From Fidelibacterota bacterium (GTDB taxonomy: Bacteria > Fidelibacterota > Marinisomatia > Marinisomatales > CAZVFT01): a stretch of 42,964 nt of DNA. The stretch spans positions 1 to 42,964 of the forward strand of contig JACNLN010000087.1 of the NCBI GenBank assembly GCA_014381485.1, read 5' to 3'. A model generated the notes under the pieces. That model saw only the letters and a program-made list of their open reading frames with translations, was not told where the DNA came from and did not search any database. Below, one piece after another: positions 20,358 to 30,693 of this stretch (its first letter is position 1; every line of letters begins with the position of its first letter). A program made the position numbers and the translations under genes.

Positions 20358-21182
20358 ATGCCAGTAAAAATTAAAAAACCGACAACCCCAGGGCAAAGGT
20401 TTATGTCCGTCTCTACTTTTGAGGAAGTGACTCGAACAAAACCAGAAAAGAGTCTATTACGTTCTCTTAAGAAAAAAGGTGGAAGGAATAAGCAGGGTCG
20501 AATTACCGTTCGCCATCGAGGTGGAGGGCATAAGCGGAGGTATCGTGTCATAGATTTTAAGCGGGATAAATTTGATATTCCAGCAAAAGTAGCTACCATT
20601 GAGTACGATCCAAACCGATCTGCTCGAATAGCGTTACTTTTTTATGCTGATGGAGAGAAGCGTTATATTCTTGCACCATACGGATTAAAGGTGGGTGATG
20701 AAGTTATATCAGGGAAAAAGGTGCCAATAAAAATTGGAAACAATTTACCATTAAAAAATATTCCCTCTGGTTTGTCTGTTCATAATGTTGAATTGTCAGT
20801 TGGGAAGGGCGGTCAGCTAATACGTAGTGCAGGAACGGGAGCACAGGTTATGGCAAAAGATGGCGGTATGGTGAGTTTAAAACTTCCATCTGGTGAAATT
20901 CGGTTGTTCCATGAGGATTGTTGTGCTACGATTGGAGATGTTGGTAACAAAAGTCATGAAGCTCTCAACCTCGGAAAAGCCGGTCGAAGTCGCTGGTTAG
21001 GTCGAAGGCCTTCCGTACGTGGAGTTGCTATGAATCCAGTTGATCATCCACTTGGGGGAGGTGAAGGGAAATCCTCAGGAGGTCGTCACCCAGCAACCCC
21101 ATGGGGAAAACCGACTAAAGGGTACAAGACTCGCAAAAAGAACAAGCAATCGGATAAATTCATTGTGAAAAGGAGAAAATAA
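20358..21182 (+). CDS. rplB: 50S ribosomal protein L2
   Basis: 274 aa. GGG.KR.YR..DFKR and VRG.AMNP.DHP.GGGEG motifs. Confidence 0.99.
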   Translation: MPVKIKKPTTPGQRFMSVSTFEEVTRTKPEKSLLRSLKKKGGRNKQGRITVRHRGGGHKRRYRVIDFKRDKFDIPAKVATIEYDPNRSARIALLFYADGEKRYILAPYGLKVGDEVISGKKVPIKIGNNLPLKNIPSGLSVHNVELSVGKGGQLIRSAGTGAQVMAKDGGMVSLKLPSGEIRLFHEDCCATIGDVGNKSHEALNLGKAGRSRWLGRRPSVRGVAMNPVDHPLGGGEGKSSGGRHPATPWGKPTKGYKTRKKNKQSDKFIVKRRK

Positions 21183-21185
21183 CGT

Positions 21186-21461
21186 ATGTCTCGATCGGTG
21201 AAAAAAGGTCCGTATATTGATCCCAAACTGTTGAAAAAAATTGAAGCAATGAAGAAGGAAAAAAAGAAAAAGGTTATAAGAACCTGGTCACGGCAAAGCA
21301 TTATTACTCCTGATTTTGTGGGATTTACCTTTGCAGTTCATAATGGAAAGCAGTTCATTCCAGTGTTTATAACTGAGAATATGGTTGGACATAGACTTGG
21401 GGAATTTTCACCTACCAGAACGTTTCGAATCCATTCAGGCGATAGAAAGAAGCAGAGATAA
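21186..21461 (+). CDS. rpsS: 30S ribosomal protein S19
   Basis: 91 aa. MSRS.KKGP and V.NG..F......E.MVGH.LGEF..TR motifs. Confidence 0.98.
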   Translation: MSRSVKKGPYIDPKLLKKIEAMKKEKKKKVIRTWSRQSIITPDFVGFTFAVHNGKQFIPVFITENMVGHRLGEFSPTRTFRIHSGDRKKQR

Positions 21462-21463
21462 CG

Positions 21464-21808
21464 ATGGAATCTAGAGCACAATCTAAGTATATCCGTCAAT
21501 CTGTCCGGAAAATCCGTAAAGTTTTGGATATGGTTTCAGAAAAGAATGTTGGAACAGCTTTGAATCTTTTACACTTTTCTTCATTGAAAGCCTCTGACGT
21601 TATTGAAAAGACTATCCGATCAGCCATTGCTAATTTTCTTCAGACTGATGAGGGGAAAAATGCCGATCCAGAAAATTTAATTATAAAAGAAGCTTTCGTA
21701 AATGAGGGACCTACAATGAAACGTTTTCGACCTGCTGCAATGGGTAGAGCATCCAGAATTCGGAGAAGGATGAGTCATTTAACAATAGTTTTAAGTGATA
21801 GAAAATAA
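21464..21808 (+). CDS. rplV: 50S ribosomal protein L22
   Basis: 114 aa with L22-family sequence. S10 operon order. Confidence 0.95.
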   Translation: MESRAQSKYIRQSVRKIRKVLDMVSEKNVGTALNLLHFSSLKASDVIEKTIRSAIANFLQTDEGKNADPENLIIKEAFVNEGPTMKRFRPAAMGRASRIRRRMSHLTIVLSDRK

Positions 21809-21817
21809 GGATTTAAC

Positions 21818-22444
21818 GTGGGACAAAAAACACATCCGACAGGGTTCAGATTAGGGGTTAATAAACCGTGGGTTTCTAACTGGTATGGTGGAAAGGATTT
21901 TCCTTCCTACATTGCTGGAGATATAACTCTCAGACAGTATATTGAACGTCGTTTACCCAATGCGGGAATTTCAAAAGTTGTCATTAACCGTACGTCTAAG
22001 AAAATCATTGTAACGATTAACACATCACGTCCAGGTATCGTCATCGGGAAAGGTGGGGAAGAGGTAGATCGTCTGCGAGAGGAATTTAAACGTCTTTCTA
22101 ATACTGACGTACAGGTAAATGTATCAGAGATTAAAAGACCGGAATTAGATGCTCGTCTGGTTGGAGTGAGCATAGCTCAACAGATCATCAAGAAAATATC
22201 ATATCGAAGGGCAGTGAAGAAGGCAATTCAAGCAACAATGAGAATGGGAGCAGATGGTATTCGAGTTAGGGTAGCTGGTAGATTAGGTGGTGCTGAGATT
22301 GCAAGATCGGAAAATTTTCATGAAGGTAGTGTTCCACTTCAAACTTTAAGATCTGATATTGATTATGCCATAACAGAAGCACGGACTACCTACGGTATTA
22401 TAGGAGTTAAGGTATGGATTTGTAATGGGGAGATACCCACCTGA
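21818..22444 (+). CDS. rpsC: 30S ribosomal protein S3
   Basis: 208 aa. MGQK.HP.GFRLG start and KH domain. GTG start. Confidence 0.98.
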   Translation: MGQKTHPTGFRLGVNKPWVSNWYGGKDFPSYIAGDITLRQYIERRLPNAGISKVVINRTSKKIIVTINTSRPGIVIGKGGEEVDRLREEFKRLSNTDVQVNVSEIKRPELDARLVGVSIAQQIIKKISYRRAVKKAIQATMRMGADGIRVRVAGRLGGAEIARSENFHEGSVPLQTLRSDIDYAITEARTTYGIIGVKVWICNGEIPT

Positions 22445-22863
22445 TGTTAGAACCAAGGAAAACAAAATGGCGTAAACAACAACGGGGTCGAAGGAGAGGT
22501 TTAGCTACTCGTGGCAGCCATGTGGTTTTCGGTAGCTACGGTCTCAAGGCGTTGGAACCGGGTTGGGTAACTGCTCGCCAAATAGAGGCAGCTCGGGTTG
22601 CAATTGTAAGGAAGATTCGCAAACATGGTCGGATGTGGATTAGAATTTTTCCAGATAAACCGGTATCAAAAAAACCAGCAGAAGTTCGGATGGGTAAGGG
22701 TAAAGGTGCTCCAGAATACTGGGTAGCTGTGGTTAAACCCGGTCGTATTCTCTTTGAAATAGAAGGAGTAGACAGTGAGTTGGCAGCTGAAGCTTTTCGA
22801 ATCGCTGGGTTTAAATTACCCATAAAAACTAAACTGACAAAACGACGGGAAGTCACTGTTTAG
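22444..22863 (+). CDS. rplP: 50S ribosomal protein L16
   Basis: 139 aa. L.P...K.RK.Q.GR start and RMGKGKG motif. The start overlaps the rpsC stop by 1 nt. Confidence 0.98.
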   Translation: MLEPRKTKWRKQQRGRRRGLATRGSHVVFGSYGLKALEPGWVTARQIEAARVAIVRKIRKHGRMWIRIFPDKPVSKKPAEVRMGKGKGAPEYWVAVVKPGRILFEIEGVDSELAAEAFRIAGFKLPIKTKLTKRREVTV

Positions 22864-22894
22864 TTGAATTATTTTATGACCAGGATTATAGCTA

Positions 22895-23110
22895 ATGAAG
22901 AAAGAAGAATTAAAAGAGATAACTGTAGCTGAACTTCAAACAAGACTCGAGGACGATTTGGAAGAACTCGAAAATTTGAGGTTTCAAAAAGCACTTCAAC
23001 AATTAGAAAATCCGTTGAGAATTCGTTTTCTTCGTCGGGAAATCGCACAGGTTAAAACGCTATTAAAAGAATATGAATTGGGAATCAGAAAGAAACGATT
23101 TAAGGAATGA
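22895..23110 (+). CDS. rpmC: 50S ribosomal protein L29
   Basis: 71 aa, helical, L29-like (EL..L..EL..LRFQ.A..QL.N). Operon position fits. Confidence 0.93.
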   Translation: MKKEELKEITVAELQTRLEDDLEELENLRFQKALQQLENPLRIRFLRREIAQVKTLLKEYELGIRKKRFKE

Positions 23111-23113
23111 CCA

Positions 23114-23377
23114 ATGAACAATCGAGGTAAAAGACCAACAATGATGGGTATGGTAGTAAGTGATAGAATGGATAAGACTGTTGTTGTTTCGGTTGAACGA
23201 CGGGTTCAACACCCGATTTACAAGAAATATATTACCCGAAAAAAGAAGTACTATGTTCACGACGAGAAGAACGAGTGTTCAATAGGTGACACAGTAAGAA
23301 TTATTTCCTCTAGACCGCTGAGTAAGCTAAAACGGTGGCGGGTAACGGAAATTATTGAAAAGTCAAAAGGTATTTGA
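23114..23377 (+). CDS. rpsQ: 30S ribosomal protein S17
   Basis: 87 aa. G.VVSD.MDKT..V.VER...HP.Y.K motif. Confidence 0.97.
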   Translation: MNNRGKRPTMMGMVVSDRMDKTVVVSVERRVQHPIYKKYITRKKKYYVHDEKNECSIGDTVRIISSRPLSKLKRWRVTEIIEKSKGI

Positions 23378-23402
23378 GGACAGAGAGGTTTGAGAGGTTA
23401 TA

Positions 23403-23771
23403 ATGATTCAATCGGAGACAAGATTAAAAGTTGCGGATAATACTGGGGCTCGAGAAGTTCTCTGTTTCAAAGTATTGGGTGGGACCCGCCGACGGTACGC
23501 CAGTGTGGGGGATGTTATTGTTGTTACCGTTAAAAAAGCCCTACCTGAAGGTATGGTAAAGAAAGGAGATAAATCAAGAGCTGTGGTAGTTCGGACAAAG
23601 AAAGAAATCAGGCGTAAAGATGGATCCTATGTCCGGTTTGATGATAATGCTGCTGTTCTTCTTTCAAATGTAGGTGAACCAATAGGAACTCGTATTTTTG
23701 GACCAGTATCAAGGGAGCTTCGTGAAAAAGGGTATATGAAAATTGTCTCTATGGCTCCGGAGGTAATCTAA
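23403..23771 (+). CDS. rplN: 50S ribosomal protein L14
   Basis: 122 aa. MIQ.ET.L.VADN.GA motif. Confidence 0.99.
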   Translation: MIQSETRLKVADNTGAREVLCFKVLGGTRRRYASVGDVIVVTVKKALPEGMVKKGDKSRAVVVRTKKEIRRKDGSYVRFDDNAAVLLSNVGEPIGTRIFGPVSRELREKGYMKIVSMAPEVI

Positions 23772-23772
23772 A

Positions 23773-24081
23773 ATGCACATTAAAAAAGGCGACACAGTCA
23801 CAGTTATTTCAGGAAATGACCAAGGAAAAACGGGGAAGATTCTTTACGTTTTTCCCAAAACAAACCGGGTGATCGTGGAAGGTGTGAATTTCGTTAAGAA
23901 ACACTCGAGACCAAGCCAACAAAATCCTCAGGGAGGTATCATTGAAAAGGAAGCTCCCATTCATATATCCAATGTTATGGTAACCTTTGGGGGTAAGAGA
24001 TCACGTATTGGTCATAGATTTCTCGATACTGGAAGAAAGATTAGGGTGTCACGAAAAACAGGTGAGGATATCGATTCATAG
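23773..24081 (+). CDS. rplX: 50S ribosomal protein L24
   Basis: 102 aa. KKGD.V.VI.G.D.GK.G KOW motif. Confidence 0.97.
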   Translation: MHIKKGDTVTVISGNDQGKTGKILYVFPKTNRVIVEGVNFVKKHSRPSQQNPQGGIIEKEAPIHISNVMVTFGGKRSRIGHRFLDTGRKIRVSRKTGEDIDS

Positions 24082-24092
24082 GGAGAAGAATT

Positions 24093-24944
24093 TTGACTGG
24101 AGAGAAGGCAGAAAAAAAAGCTGAAGTAGAGCGGGTGAAAAAATCATCTGGTAAAAAAACTGAAGTTACCACTCCCAAGAAAAGTACAGCTAAAACGAAA
24201 GCTTCTACCACAAAGAAGAAGGCTGTTAAGAAGACGGTAAAGAAAAGAACATCTTCCAGTAAAAAAAGACCTCCTGCAAAGGTTAAGCCGCCGGATAAAA
24301 AGAAAACTGCCCCAAAGGCTGAAATTATAAAAAAAGTAGGTGGTGATGAATATAAACCAAATTTATTCAAAAGATATCAAGATGTGGTTATTCCCCATAT
24401 GATTGAAATATTTGGTTACAAAAATGCTCTTCAGGTACCGCAAATCGAGAAAATATCAATGAATATTGGATTAGGTCGGGCAAAGGATGAACCCAGTTCG
24501 TTAGAACATGCATTAGATGATCTGACAACGATCTCAGGACAGCGAGCAGTTGTAACTTATGCGAAGAAAGCAATTTCAAATTTTAAAATTCGTAAAGGTG
24601 ATCCTGTAGGTTGCCGGGTGACTTTACGTCAATGGAAAATGTATGAATTTCTTGAAAGACTTATAAATATTGCTATTCCCCGTGTTCGTGACTTCAATGG
24701 TCTATCTGTAAAGAAGTTTGACGGAAAGGGAAACTTTAATTTTGGGTTGGAAGAACAGATCGTTTTTACAGAAATCGATTACGATAAAATTGATAAAATC
24801 CGGGGATTAGAGATAAACATAGTAACCTCCGCTGAAGATGATGAAATCGGTTATGAATTGTTAAGTACATTAGGTTTCCCGTTCAGACCAACAGATCGTT
24901 TTAAGAAAAAGGGAATTGGGAAACAACTAGAAGAGGGTTCCTGA
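24093..24944 (+). CDS. rplE: 50S ribosomal protein L5 with an N-terminal Lys-rich extension of about 85 aa
   Basis: 283-aa ORF. From about residue 88 ([17 protein letters not shown]...[13 protein letters not shown]) it matches L5 across the usual ~180 aa. Upstream in the same frame is a K/T/A/P-rich tract. That tract has no stop and no in-frame ATG. TTG start at 24093 lies 4-6 nt after a GGGAGAAG SD. Confidence 0.9.
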   Translation: MTGEKAEKKAEVERVKKSSGKKTEVTTPKKSTAKTKASTTKKKAVKKTVKKRTSSSKKRPPAKVKPPDKKKTAPKAEIIKKVGGDEYKPNLFKRYQDVVIPHMIEIFGYKNALQVPQIEKISMNIGLGRAKDEPSSLEHALDDLTTISGQRAVVTYAKKAISNFKIRKGDPVGCRVTLRQWKMYEFLERLINIAIPRVRDFNGLSVKKFDGKGNFNFGLEEQIVFTEIDYDKIDKIRGLEINIVTSAEDDEIGYELLSTLGFPFRPTDRFKKKGIGKQLEEGS

Positions 24945-25129
24945 TGGCAAAAAAATCGCTGATTGTAAAAGCACAACGTTCACCAAAGTTTAGTACGAGA
25001 AAATATCATCGTTGTTCGAGATGTGGGCGTCCAAGAAGTTATATGAGAAAATTTGGTCTTTGTAGATTATGTTTTCGTGAACTTGCTCTTAGGGGAGAGA
25101 TTCCAGGTGTTACGAAGGCAAGTTGGTAA
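24944..25129 (+). CDS. rpsN: 30S ribosomal protein S14, short zinc-binding (C+) type
   Basis: 61 aa. C..C...(12)...C..C cysteine pattern (CSRCGR...CRLCFRE). Confidence 0.97.
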   Translation: MAKKSLIVKAQRSPKFSTRKYHRCSRCGRPRSYMRKFGLCRLCFRELALRGEIPGVTKASW

Positions 25130-25145
25130 ACAGGAGGAATAAAAT

Positions 25146-25544
25146 TTGACAATGACAGATCCAATTGCTGATCTTTTAACACGAATCAGAAATGCCCAGC
25201 AGGAGAGAAATCGGTGGGTTGATATCCCCGCATCGACCGTAAAGAAACGAATTGTTTATATCCTGCGAGAGGAGCATTACATCAAGGATTTTATTATCAT
25301 TAAACGGATACCCCAAGATATGATCAGGATATTTCTGAAATATGACCACAACGATGATCCTGTTATTTCCCAGATAGATAGGGTAAGTAAACCTGGAAGG
25401 CGAGTTTATGCAAAAGCCGAGAATATTCCCAAAGTTCTAAATGGAATGGGAATTGCTATATTGACAACGTCTAAAGGGGTTATTTCAGACAAAGTAGCTC
25501 GGAAGTTAAATGTCGGTGGTGAAATCATTTGTAATATCTGGTAA
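25146..25544 (+). CDS. rpsH: 30S ribosomal protein S8
   Basis: 132 aa. DPIADLLTRIRNA motif. The true start may be ATG at 25152 rather than TTG at 25146. Confidence 0.97.
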   Translation: MTMTDPIADLLTRIRNAQQERNRWVDIPASTVKKRIVYILREEHYIKDFIIIKRIPQDMIRIFLKYDHNDDPVISQIDRVSKPGRRVYAKAENIPKVLNGMGIAILTTSKGVISDKVARKLNVGGEIICNIW

Positions 25545-25550
25545 GATGTT

Positions 25551-26087
25551 ATGTCGAGAATAGGGAAAAAACCCATTACGATTCCTGGCAAAGTGCAGGT
25601 TAAAATTGATGGTAATCAAGTAACTTGTTCAGGTCCAAAGGGTACACTTCAATATTCATTTCATCCTGATATATCTTTTATTCAGGAAAATAATCAGATT
25701 GTTGTTACCAGACCTTCTGATACAAAATTGCACAGATCCCTTCATGGGACATCACGTGCCATTTTAGCAAATATGGTACATGGTGTATCCGAGGGATTCA
25801 CCAAAGAACTGGAAATCAGAGGTATGGGTTATTCTGTAAATGTTGAGGGCAAAAGGTTGAAACTTGCTTTAGGTTTTTCTCACGATATCTATTTTGAACC
25901 ACCTGACGAAATTGAAATCAAAGCCAAGAGAAATGCGATTTCTATTTCAGGTATTGACAAACATCTGGTGGGTCAAGTAGCAGCAAAAATTCGGATGTTT
26001 AGACCACCGGAGTCTTACAAGGGAAAAGGGATTCGGTATAAGGATGAATATGTCAAAATCAAGAAAGGGAAAACGGTGGGAGGTTAG
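25551..26087 (+). CDS. rplF: 50S ribosomal protein L6
   Basis: 178 aa. MSRIGKKPI.IP start and PE.YKGKGIRY near the C-terminus. Confidence 0.98.
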   Translation: MSRIGKKPITIPGKVQVKIDGNQVTCSGPKGTLQYSFHPDISFIQENNQIVVTRPSDTKLHRSLHGTSRAILANMVHGVSEGFTKELEIRGMGYSVNVEGKRLKLALGFSHDIYFEPPDEIEIKAKRNAISISGIDKHLVGQVAAKIRMFRPPESYKGKGIRYKDEYVKIKKGKTVGG

Positions 26088-26462
26088 TTGGTGGTGAAAA
26101 AGTTAGAAAAAGTCATTAAGTGTGAGCGGAGAAGAAGGCGTAGCAAAGGGACGGCTATTCGTCATAGAGATCGATATAGGCTCGTTGTGTATCGTAGCCT
26201 GAAGCATATTTACGGCCAGATCATCAATGATTGGGAGGGTAGGACCCTTGTATCAGCTTCAACTCTTGAAAAGGGTCTTCAGGTGGAGTTGGAGAAGGCA
26301 AAATCAAAAGTGGAAAGGAGCGAGATTGTCGGTCGTGAAATTGCGAAAAGAGCGAAAAAGAAAAAAATTACAGAAGTAGTTTTTGACCGAAATGGATTTC
26401 TTTATCATGGAAGGGTAAAAGCATTGGCAGATGGAGCCAGATCAGGAGGATTAAAATTTTGA
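26088..26462 (+). CDS. rplR: 50S ribosomal protein L18
   Basis: 124 aa. L.V.RS.KHIY.Q.I and FDR.G..YHGRVKA.AD.AR..GL.F motifs. TTG start. Confidence 0.96.
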   Translation: MVVKKLEKVIKCERRRRRSKGTAIRHRDRYRLVVYRSLKHIYGQIINDWEGRTLVSASTLEKGLQVELEKAKSKVERSEIVGREIAKRAKKKKITEVVFDRNGFLYHGRVKALADGARSGGLKF

Positions 26463-26962
26463 GTTACATTGATCCAACAGAATTAGATCTTAATGAAGAA
26501 ACTGTTGTAAAGGTCAGACGTGTGTCTAAGGTAGTGGCTGGTGGACGTCGTTTTCGATTTAGCGCCACTGTAGTGGTGGGTGACGGAAATGGTCACGTAG
26601 GTCTTGGACATGGGAAGTCCAACGAGGTATTATCTTCCATCACCAAAGCAAAGGAAGATGCGAAGAAAAATCTTTTTCGTGTTCCCATTATCAAAGGTAC
26701 GATTCCTCATCAAATTATGGGAAAGTTTGGTGCTTCTAAGGTATTGCTGAAACCTGCTTCTCCCGGTACAGGAATTATTGCTGGAGGACCAATTAGAGCC
26801 CTGATGCAACAAAGTGGGATCACGGATATTCTCACGAAGAGATATGGATCATCCAATGCAAACAGTATTATCAGAGCAGCAGAAAGGGGATTGATATCAT
26901 TACAAGATCCTGTGTCTATTGCTAATAAACGGGGCATTACTATCTCCGAGATTTTTAAGTAG
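26459..26962 (+). CDS. rpsE: 30S ribosomal protein S5
   Basis: 167 aa. V.K..RV.KVV.GGR.FRF.A.VVVGD..G.VG.G.GK motif. TTG start overlaps the rplR stop. Confidence 0.97.
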   Translation: MSYIDPTELDLNEETVVKVRRVSKVVAGGRRFRFSATVVVGDGNGHVGLGHGKSNEVLSSITKAKEDAKKNLFRVPIIKGTIPHQIMGKFGASKVLLKPASPGTGIIAGGPIRALMQQSGITDILTKRYGSSNANSIIRAAERGLISLQDPVSIANKRGITISEIFK

Positions 26963-26971
26963 CATATTTCT

Positions 26972-27169
26972 ATGGCGAAAAAAAAGCAAAATTTACTAAA
27001 AATTACACAAGTCAAAAGTGCTATTGGTTACAAACTTAAGGCAAAGAAAACTCTTGCCGCTCTGGGATTAAGACGGATGCATCAAACTGTCGTCAAGCCT
27101 GACACGCCAGTAATACGAGGGATGATTGCTGTTGTTGATTATCTGGTAAATGTAGAAGAAGTATCATGA
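26972..27169 (+). CDS. rpmD: 50S ribosomal protein L30
   Basis: 65 aa. L.ITQ.KS.IG.....K.TL.ALGLRR motif. Confidence 0.95.
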   Translation: MAKKKQNLLKITQVKSAIGYKLKAKKTLAALGLRRMHQTVVKPDTPVIRGMIAVVDYLVNVEEVS

Positions 27170-27606
27170 AATTAGGGAAACTAAAACCAACTCCAAATTC
27201 CACAAAAAACAGGAAACGTGTGGGTAGGGGACCCGGTTCTGGAAAAGGGAAAAGGTCAGGAAGAGGTGACAAAGGATACCACTCACGTTCAGGTAGTAAA
27301 CGTCGTGCCTGGTATGAAGGAGGTCAGATGCCTCTCCAGCGGCGCATACCCAAACGCGGTTTCTCAAACAGTCGGTTCAGGACGACCTATCAAATTGTTA
27401 ATCTTTCCCAGATGGCAAATCTCGACACAGAAAAGGTGGATATTGACACTTTGTATAAAAGTGGTCTGATCAATTCGACTTCTAAACCTGTGAAGGTATT
27501 AGGTAGTGGGGAATTATCAAGTGTAGTCTCTGTTACTGCTCATGCGTTCAGTAAATCTGCAGTTGAAAAAATTGAGAAAGCTGGCGGAAAAGTTACTGTA
27601 TTATGA
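27166..27606 (+). CDS. rplO: 50S ribosomal protein L15
   Basis: 146 aa. Gly/Arg-rich N-terminus (RVGRG.GSGKGK..GRG.KG), FEGGQMPL-like motif and RR.PKRGF. Confidence 0.97.
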   Translation: MKLGKLKPTPNSTKNRKRVGRGPGSGKGKRSGRGDKGYHSRSGSKRRAWYEGGQMPLQRRIPKRGFSNSRFRTTYQIVNLSQMANLDTEKVDIDTLYKSGLINSTSKPVKVLGSGELSSVVSVTAHAFSKSAVEKIEKAGGKVTVL

Positions 27607-28940
27607 TTGAGAAAATTCGAAATATTATCAATATCCCGGAACTTAGAAAGCGGATAACCTTCACCATAGCGTTACTGGTAATTTGTCGTGTGGGGACTCA
27701 TATTCCTACTCCCGGTATTGATGGAGAAGCACTTCGGGCCGCCATTGAAAATCTCAGTAACACATTATTTGGACTGTACGACCTATTTGCCGGTGGAGCT
27801 TTTAAAAAAGCGACCCTGTTTGCTCTGGGAATTATGCCCTACATTTCTGCATCCATTATCATGCAATTGATGGGTGTGGTAGTTCCCTATTTTCAAAGAT
27901 TACAGAAAGAGGGAGAAGAAGGAAGAAAAAAAATTACTCAACTTACTCGATATGGGACAGTATTGATTTCCACACTTCAAGCATATCCACTGGCAATTTT
28001 TCTTGAAACTATGACCGCAAATGTAGGTGGTGCTTCTATTCCCGTGGTACCTGATCCTGGTTTTGCTTTCAGGTTTACCACAATGGTATCACTCGTGACA
28101 GGGGTAATATTTCTTATGTGGCTTGGTGAACAGATCACTGAGCGGGGTATTGGGAATGGTATTTCATTAATTATTATGGTTGGAATCATTTCTCGTTTTC
28201 CCAATGTTATCATCTCGGAAATTATGTTATTGATTGAAGGAGTGCGTGGTCCCCTCACTGCAATTGTGTTAATGGGTCTTATGTTTATTATTGTTGGGTT
28301 TGTTGTATTAATAACTCAGGGAACTCGAAAGATACCTGTACAATACGCTAAGCGTGTTATTGGTAGAAAAGTTTATGGTGGACAGTCCACACATATCCCT
28401 CTACGGGTAAATACGGCTGGAGTCATGCCTATTATCTTTGCCCAGTCTATTATGTTTTTACCCAATACTATTGCTACCTTTTTCAGGGAAAGTGAATTTA
28501 TGCAAGGTGTTATGATAGTATTTTCTTTTAACCACTGGTTCTATTGGACTGTTTTCGGTATTATGATAGTCTTTTTTACATACTTTTATACTGCTATTGC
28601 TTTTAATCCAGTGGAAGTGGCAGACCAGATGAAAAAACATGGTGGATTTATTCCCGGTGTTCGACCAGGAAAGAAAACGTCCGAATTTATCGATAATATT
28701 TTAACACGAGTGACCTTACCCGGATCCGTTTTTCTTGCATTTGTTGCTATCTTTCCCTACATCTTAATGAATATTATGGATGTTGGGTATGATCTGGCTT
28801 CTTTCTTTGGTGGTACCAGTTTACTCATCATTGTAGGCGTGGCATTGGATACTCTCCAGCAGGTGGAATCTCATCTCTTAATGCGTCATTACGATGGCTT
28901 TTTGCAAAAGGGGAAAATAAGGGGACGCCGTAGATTTTGA
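27603..28940 (+). CDS. secY: Preprotein translocase subunit SecY
   Basis: 445 aa, about 10 TM helices, SecY motifs (LGIMPYISASII.QL, GNGISL.I). Lies at the end of the spc operon. Confidence 0.98.
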   Translation: MIEKIRNIINIPELRKRITFTIALLVICRVGTHIPTPGIDGEALRAAIENLSNTLFGLYDLFAGGAFKKATLFALGIMPYISASIIMQLMGVVVPYFQRLQKEGEEGRKKITQLTRYGTVLISTLQAYPLAIFLETMTANVGGASIPVVPDPGFAFRFTTMVSLVTGVIFLMWLGEQITERGIGNGISLIIMVGIISRFPNVIISEIMLLIEGVRGPLTAIVLMGLMFIIVGFVVLITQGTRKIPVQYAKRVIGRKVYGGQSTHIPLRVNTAGVMPIIFAQSIMFLPNTIATFFRESEFMQGVMIVFSFNHWFYWTVFGIMIVFFTYFYTAIAFNPVEVADQMKKHGGFIPGVRPGKKTSEFIDNILTRVTLPGSVFLAFVAIFPYILMNIMDVGYDLASFFGGTSLLIIVGVALDTLQQVESHLLMRHYDGFLQKGKIRGRRRF

Positions 28941-28944
28941 TATT

Positions 28945-29703
28945 ATGGTTAACATTAGAAATAAAAGGGAAATAGACCTGATTCGAGAGAGTAGCCAGAT
29001 CGTGTATGAAACATTAACATTACTTGGTGAGAATATAAAACCGGGGGTAACCGGAGAAGAACTGAATAAAATTGCTGAGGAATATATCCATTCTCGTGGA
29101 GCAACGCCAGCATTCAAAGGATATATGAAATATCCTAAATCTATCTGTATCTCAATAAATGAAGAGGTTGTGCATGGGATTCCAAACCGTCGGAAGTTGA
29201 AGGAGGGAGATATTGTTGCAATTGATTGTGGAGTTTTAAAAGATGGTTACTTTGGGGATAGTGCCTGGACATATACCGTTGGTCAAATTGATGCGGAGGT
29301 GATGAAATTAATGACCATAACTGAGAAGGCACTTTACATTGGAATTGAACAGGCAAAATCAGGAAATCGGTTATCGGATATTGGTCACGTGATTCAATCG
29401 TATGTTGAAAGTCACGGATTCAATGTTGTAAGAGAATTAGTGGGACATGGTATTGGTACGGAATTGCACGAGGACCCTCAAATTCCCAATTATGGTGATC
29501 CCGGTGAGGGAATTTTACTAAAATCTGGGATGTGTCTGGCAATAGAACCAATGGTCAATTTAGGTGGAAAAGAAGTGTACACCCGATCGGATGGGTGGAC
29601 AGTATGTACTCGTGATGGAAAACCATCTGCTCATTTTGAACACACGATTGTTGTGTCGGATAATGGTGGAAAAATTTTAAGTGATGGAACATTAGGTAAA
29701 TGA
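28945..29703 (+). CDS. map: Methionine aminopeptidase, type I
   Basis: 252 aa. Metal-ligand context (VHGIP, D.G...DGY.GD, GHGIG...HE, LAIEPM, H.EHT). Confidence 0.97.
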   Translation: MVNIRNKREIDLIRESSQIVYETLTLLGENIKPGVTGEELNKIAEEYIHSRGATPAFKGYMKYPKSICISINEEVVHGIPNRRKLKEGDIVAIDCGVLKDGYFGDSAWTYTVGQIDAEVMKLMTITEKALYIGIEQAKSGNRLSDIGHVIQSYVESHGFNVVRELVGHGIGTELHEDPQIPNYGDPGEGILLKSGMCLAIEPMVNLGGKEVYTRSDGWTVCTRDGKPSAHFEHTIVVSDNGGKILSDGTLGK

Positions 29704-29757
29704 AAATATTTTATTTATTAAAAATGTTATTATTGCCAACAATTGGGAAAAAATGAG

Positions 29758-29871
29758 ATGAAAGTAAAGACTTCAGTCAGGAAAATTTGTAATAAATGTA
29801 AAATCATCCGACGTAAGGGAGTTGTCAGGGTGATTTGTGAAAATCCCAAACATAAACAAAGACAGGGTTAA
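29758..29871 (+). CDS. rpmJ: 50S ribosomal protein L36
   Basis: Hand-translated; absent from the ORF track. Translation [37 protein letters not shown] is the canonical L36 sequence with the C..C...C....H zinc motif. Lies directly upstream of rpsM. Confidence 0.95.
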   Translation: MKVKTSVRKICNKCKIIRRKGVVRVICENPKHKQRQG

Positions 29872-29873
29872 TT

Positions 29874-30260
29874 ATGGCAAGAATTGCAGGTGTAGATTTA
29901 CCTCGAGATAAAAATATTGAGCATGCTCTGAGATACATTTACGGTATTGGACATACAACTTCAAAACAGATTTTAAAAGAGGTTAATGTCGATTTTAATA
30001 TTCGAGTTCAAGACCTGAGTGAGAAGCAAATTACAGCTATTCGAAAAGCGGTTGGTAAGAATAAGGTAGAAGGTGAACTCAGGACAGAAAACACTATGTC
30101 CCTCAAGCGGTTGTTGGATATTGGTTGTTATCGTGGACTGCGTCATCGACGTGGGTTACCTGTTCACGGGCAGAGGACAAAAACCAATGCTAGAACACGA
30201 AAGGGGAAAAAACGGACGGTTGGTTTGGGTAAGAAAAAAAGTGTAAGTAAGAAAGCTTAA
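29874..30260 (+). CDS. rpsM: 30S ribosomal protein S13
   Basis: 128 aa. [11 protein letters not shown] start and RGLRH..GLPV.GQRT.TNART.KG motif. Confidence 0.98.
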   Translation: MARIAGVDLPRDKNIEHALRYIYGIGHTTSKQILKEVNVDFNIRVQDLSEKQITAIRKAVGKNKVEGELRTENTMSLKRLLDIGCYRGLRHRRGLPVHGQRTKTNARTRKGKKRTVGLGKKKSVSKKA

Positions 30261-30284
30261 TTCACACAATCTGGGAAGGTAGTT

Positions 30285-30677
30285 ATGGCAGAGAAAACAA
30301 AAAGGAAAAGGAAGAAAAAGAAGGTACGAGTGGAGCCCGAAGGGGTTGCCCATATCAAGGCAACTTTTAACAACACGATTATCACTCTTACAGATTTACA
30401 TGGAAATGTAATTTCTTGGGCTAGTTCCGGGACAGTAGGATTCAAAGGTTCACGGAAGAGTACCCCCTTTGCCGCTCAGCAAGCAGCTGAAAAGGCCAGT
30501 AAGGAAGCGATAGATTTGGGACTTCAACAGGTGAACATCAGGGTGAAAGGTCCCGGTTCTGGTAGAGAATCAGCTATCCGTTCTTTAGCTGTAGCCGGAC
30601 TTGATATCTTGACTATCAAGGATGTAACCCCAATTCCGCACAATGGATGTAGGCCCCCAAAGCGACGCAGGGTATAA
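30285..30677 (+). CDS. rpsK: 30S ribosomal protein S11
   Basis: 130 aa. G.AHI.ATFNNTI.T.TD..GN motif and DVTP.PHNGCRP.K.RR. Confidence 0.98.
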   Translation: MAEKTKRKRKKKKVRVEPEGVAHIKATFNNTIITLTDLHGNVISWASSGTVGFKGSRKSTPFAAQQAAEKASKEAIDLGLQQVNIRVKGPGSGRESAIRSLAVAGLDILTIKDVTPIPHNGCRPPKRRRV

Positions 30678-30693
30678 GGGAGGTTTATAAAGA

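Noticed and set aside
24041-24370. Antisense 109-aa ORF opposite the rplE extension
   Set aside because: It is the complement of a Lys-codon-rich (AAA/AAG) tract and gives a Phe/Leu-rich pseudo-protein. This is a low-complexity artefact.
6179-26462. Many non-ATG starts (TTG for rpoB, rpoC, rpmG, rpsJ, rplE, rplR and rpsE; GTG for rpsC and the 39175 gene)
   Set aside because: Several may simply reflect the ORF track's longest-ORF convention. Examples are rpsH, rplD and the 41953 gene, which have an ATG one or two codons downstream. Where an SD supports the TTG it seems genuine, but it is not unusual enough to count as a finding.
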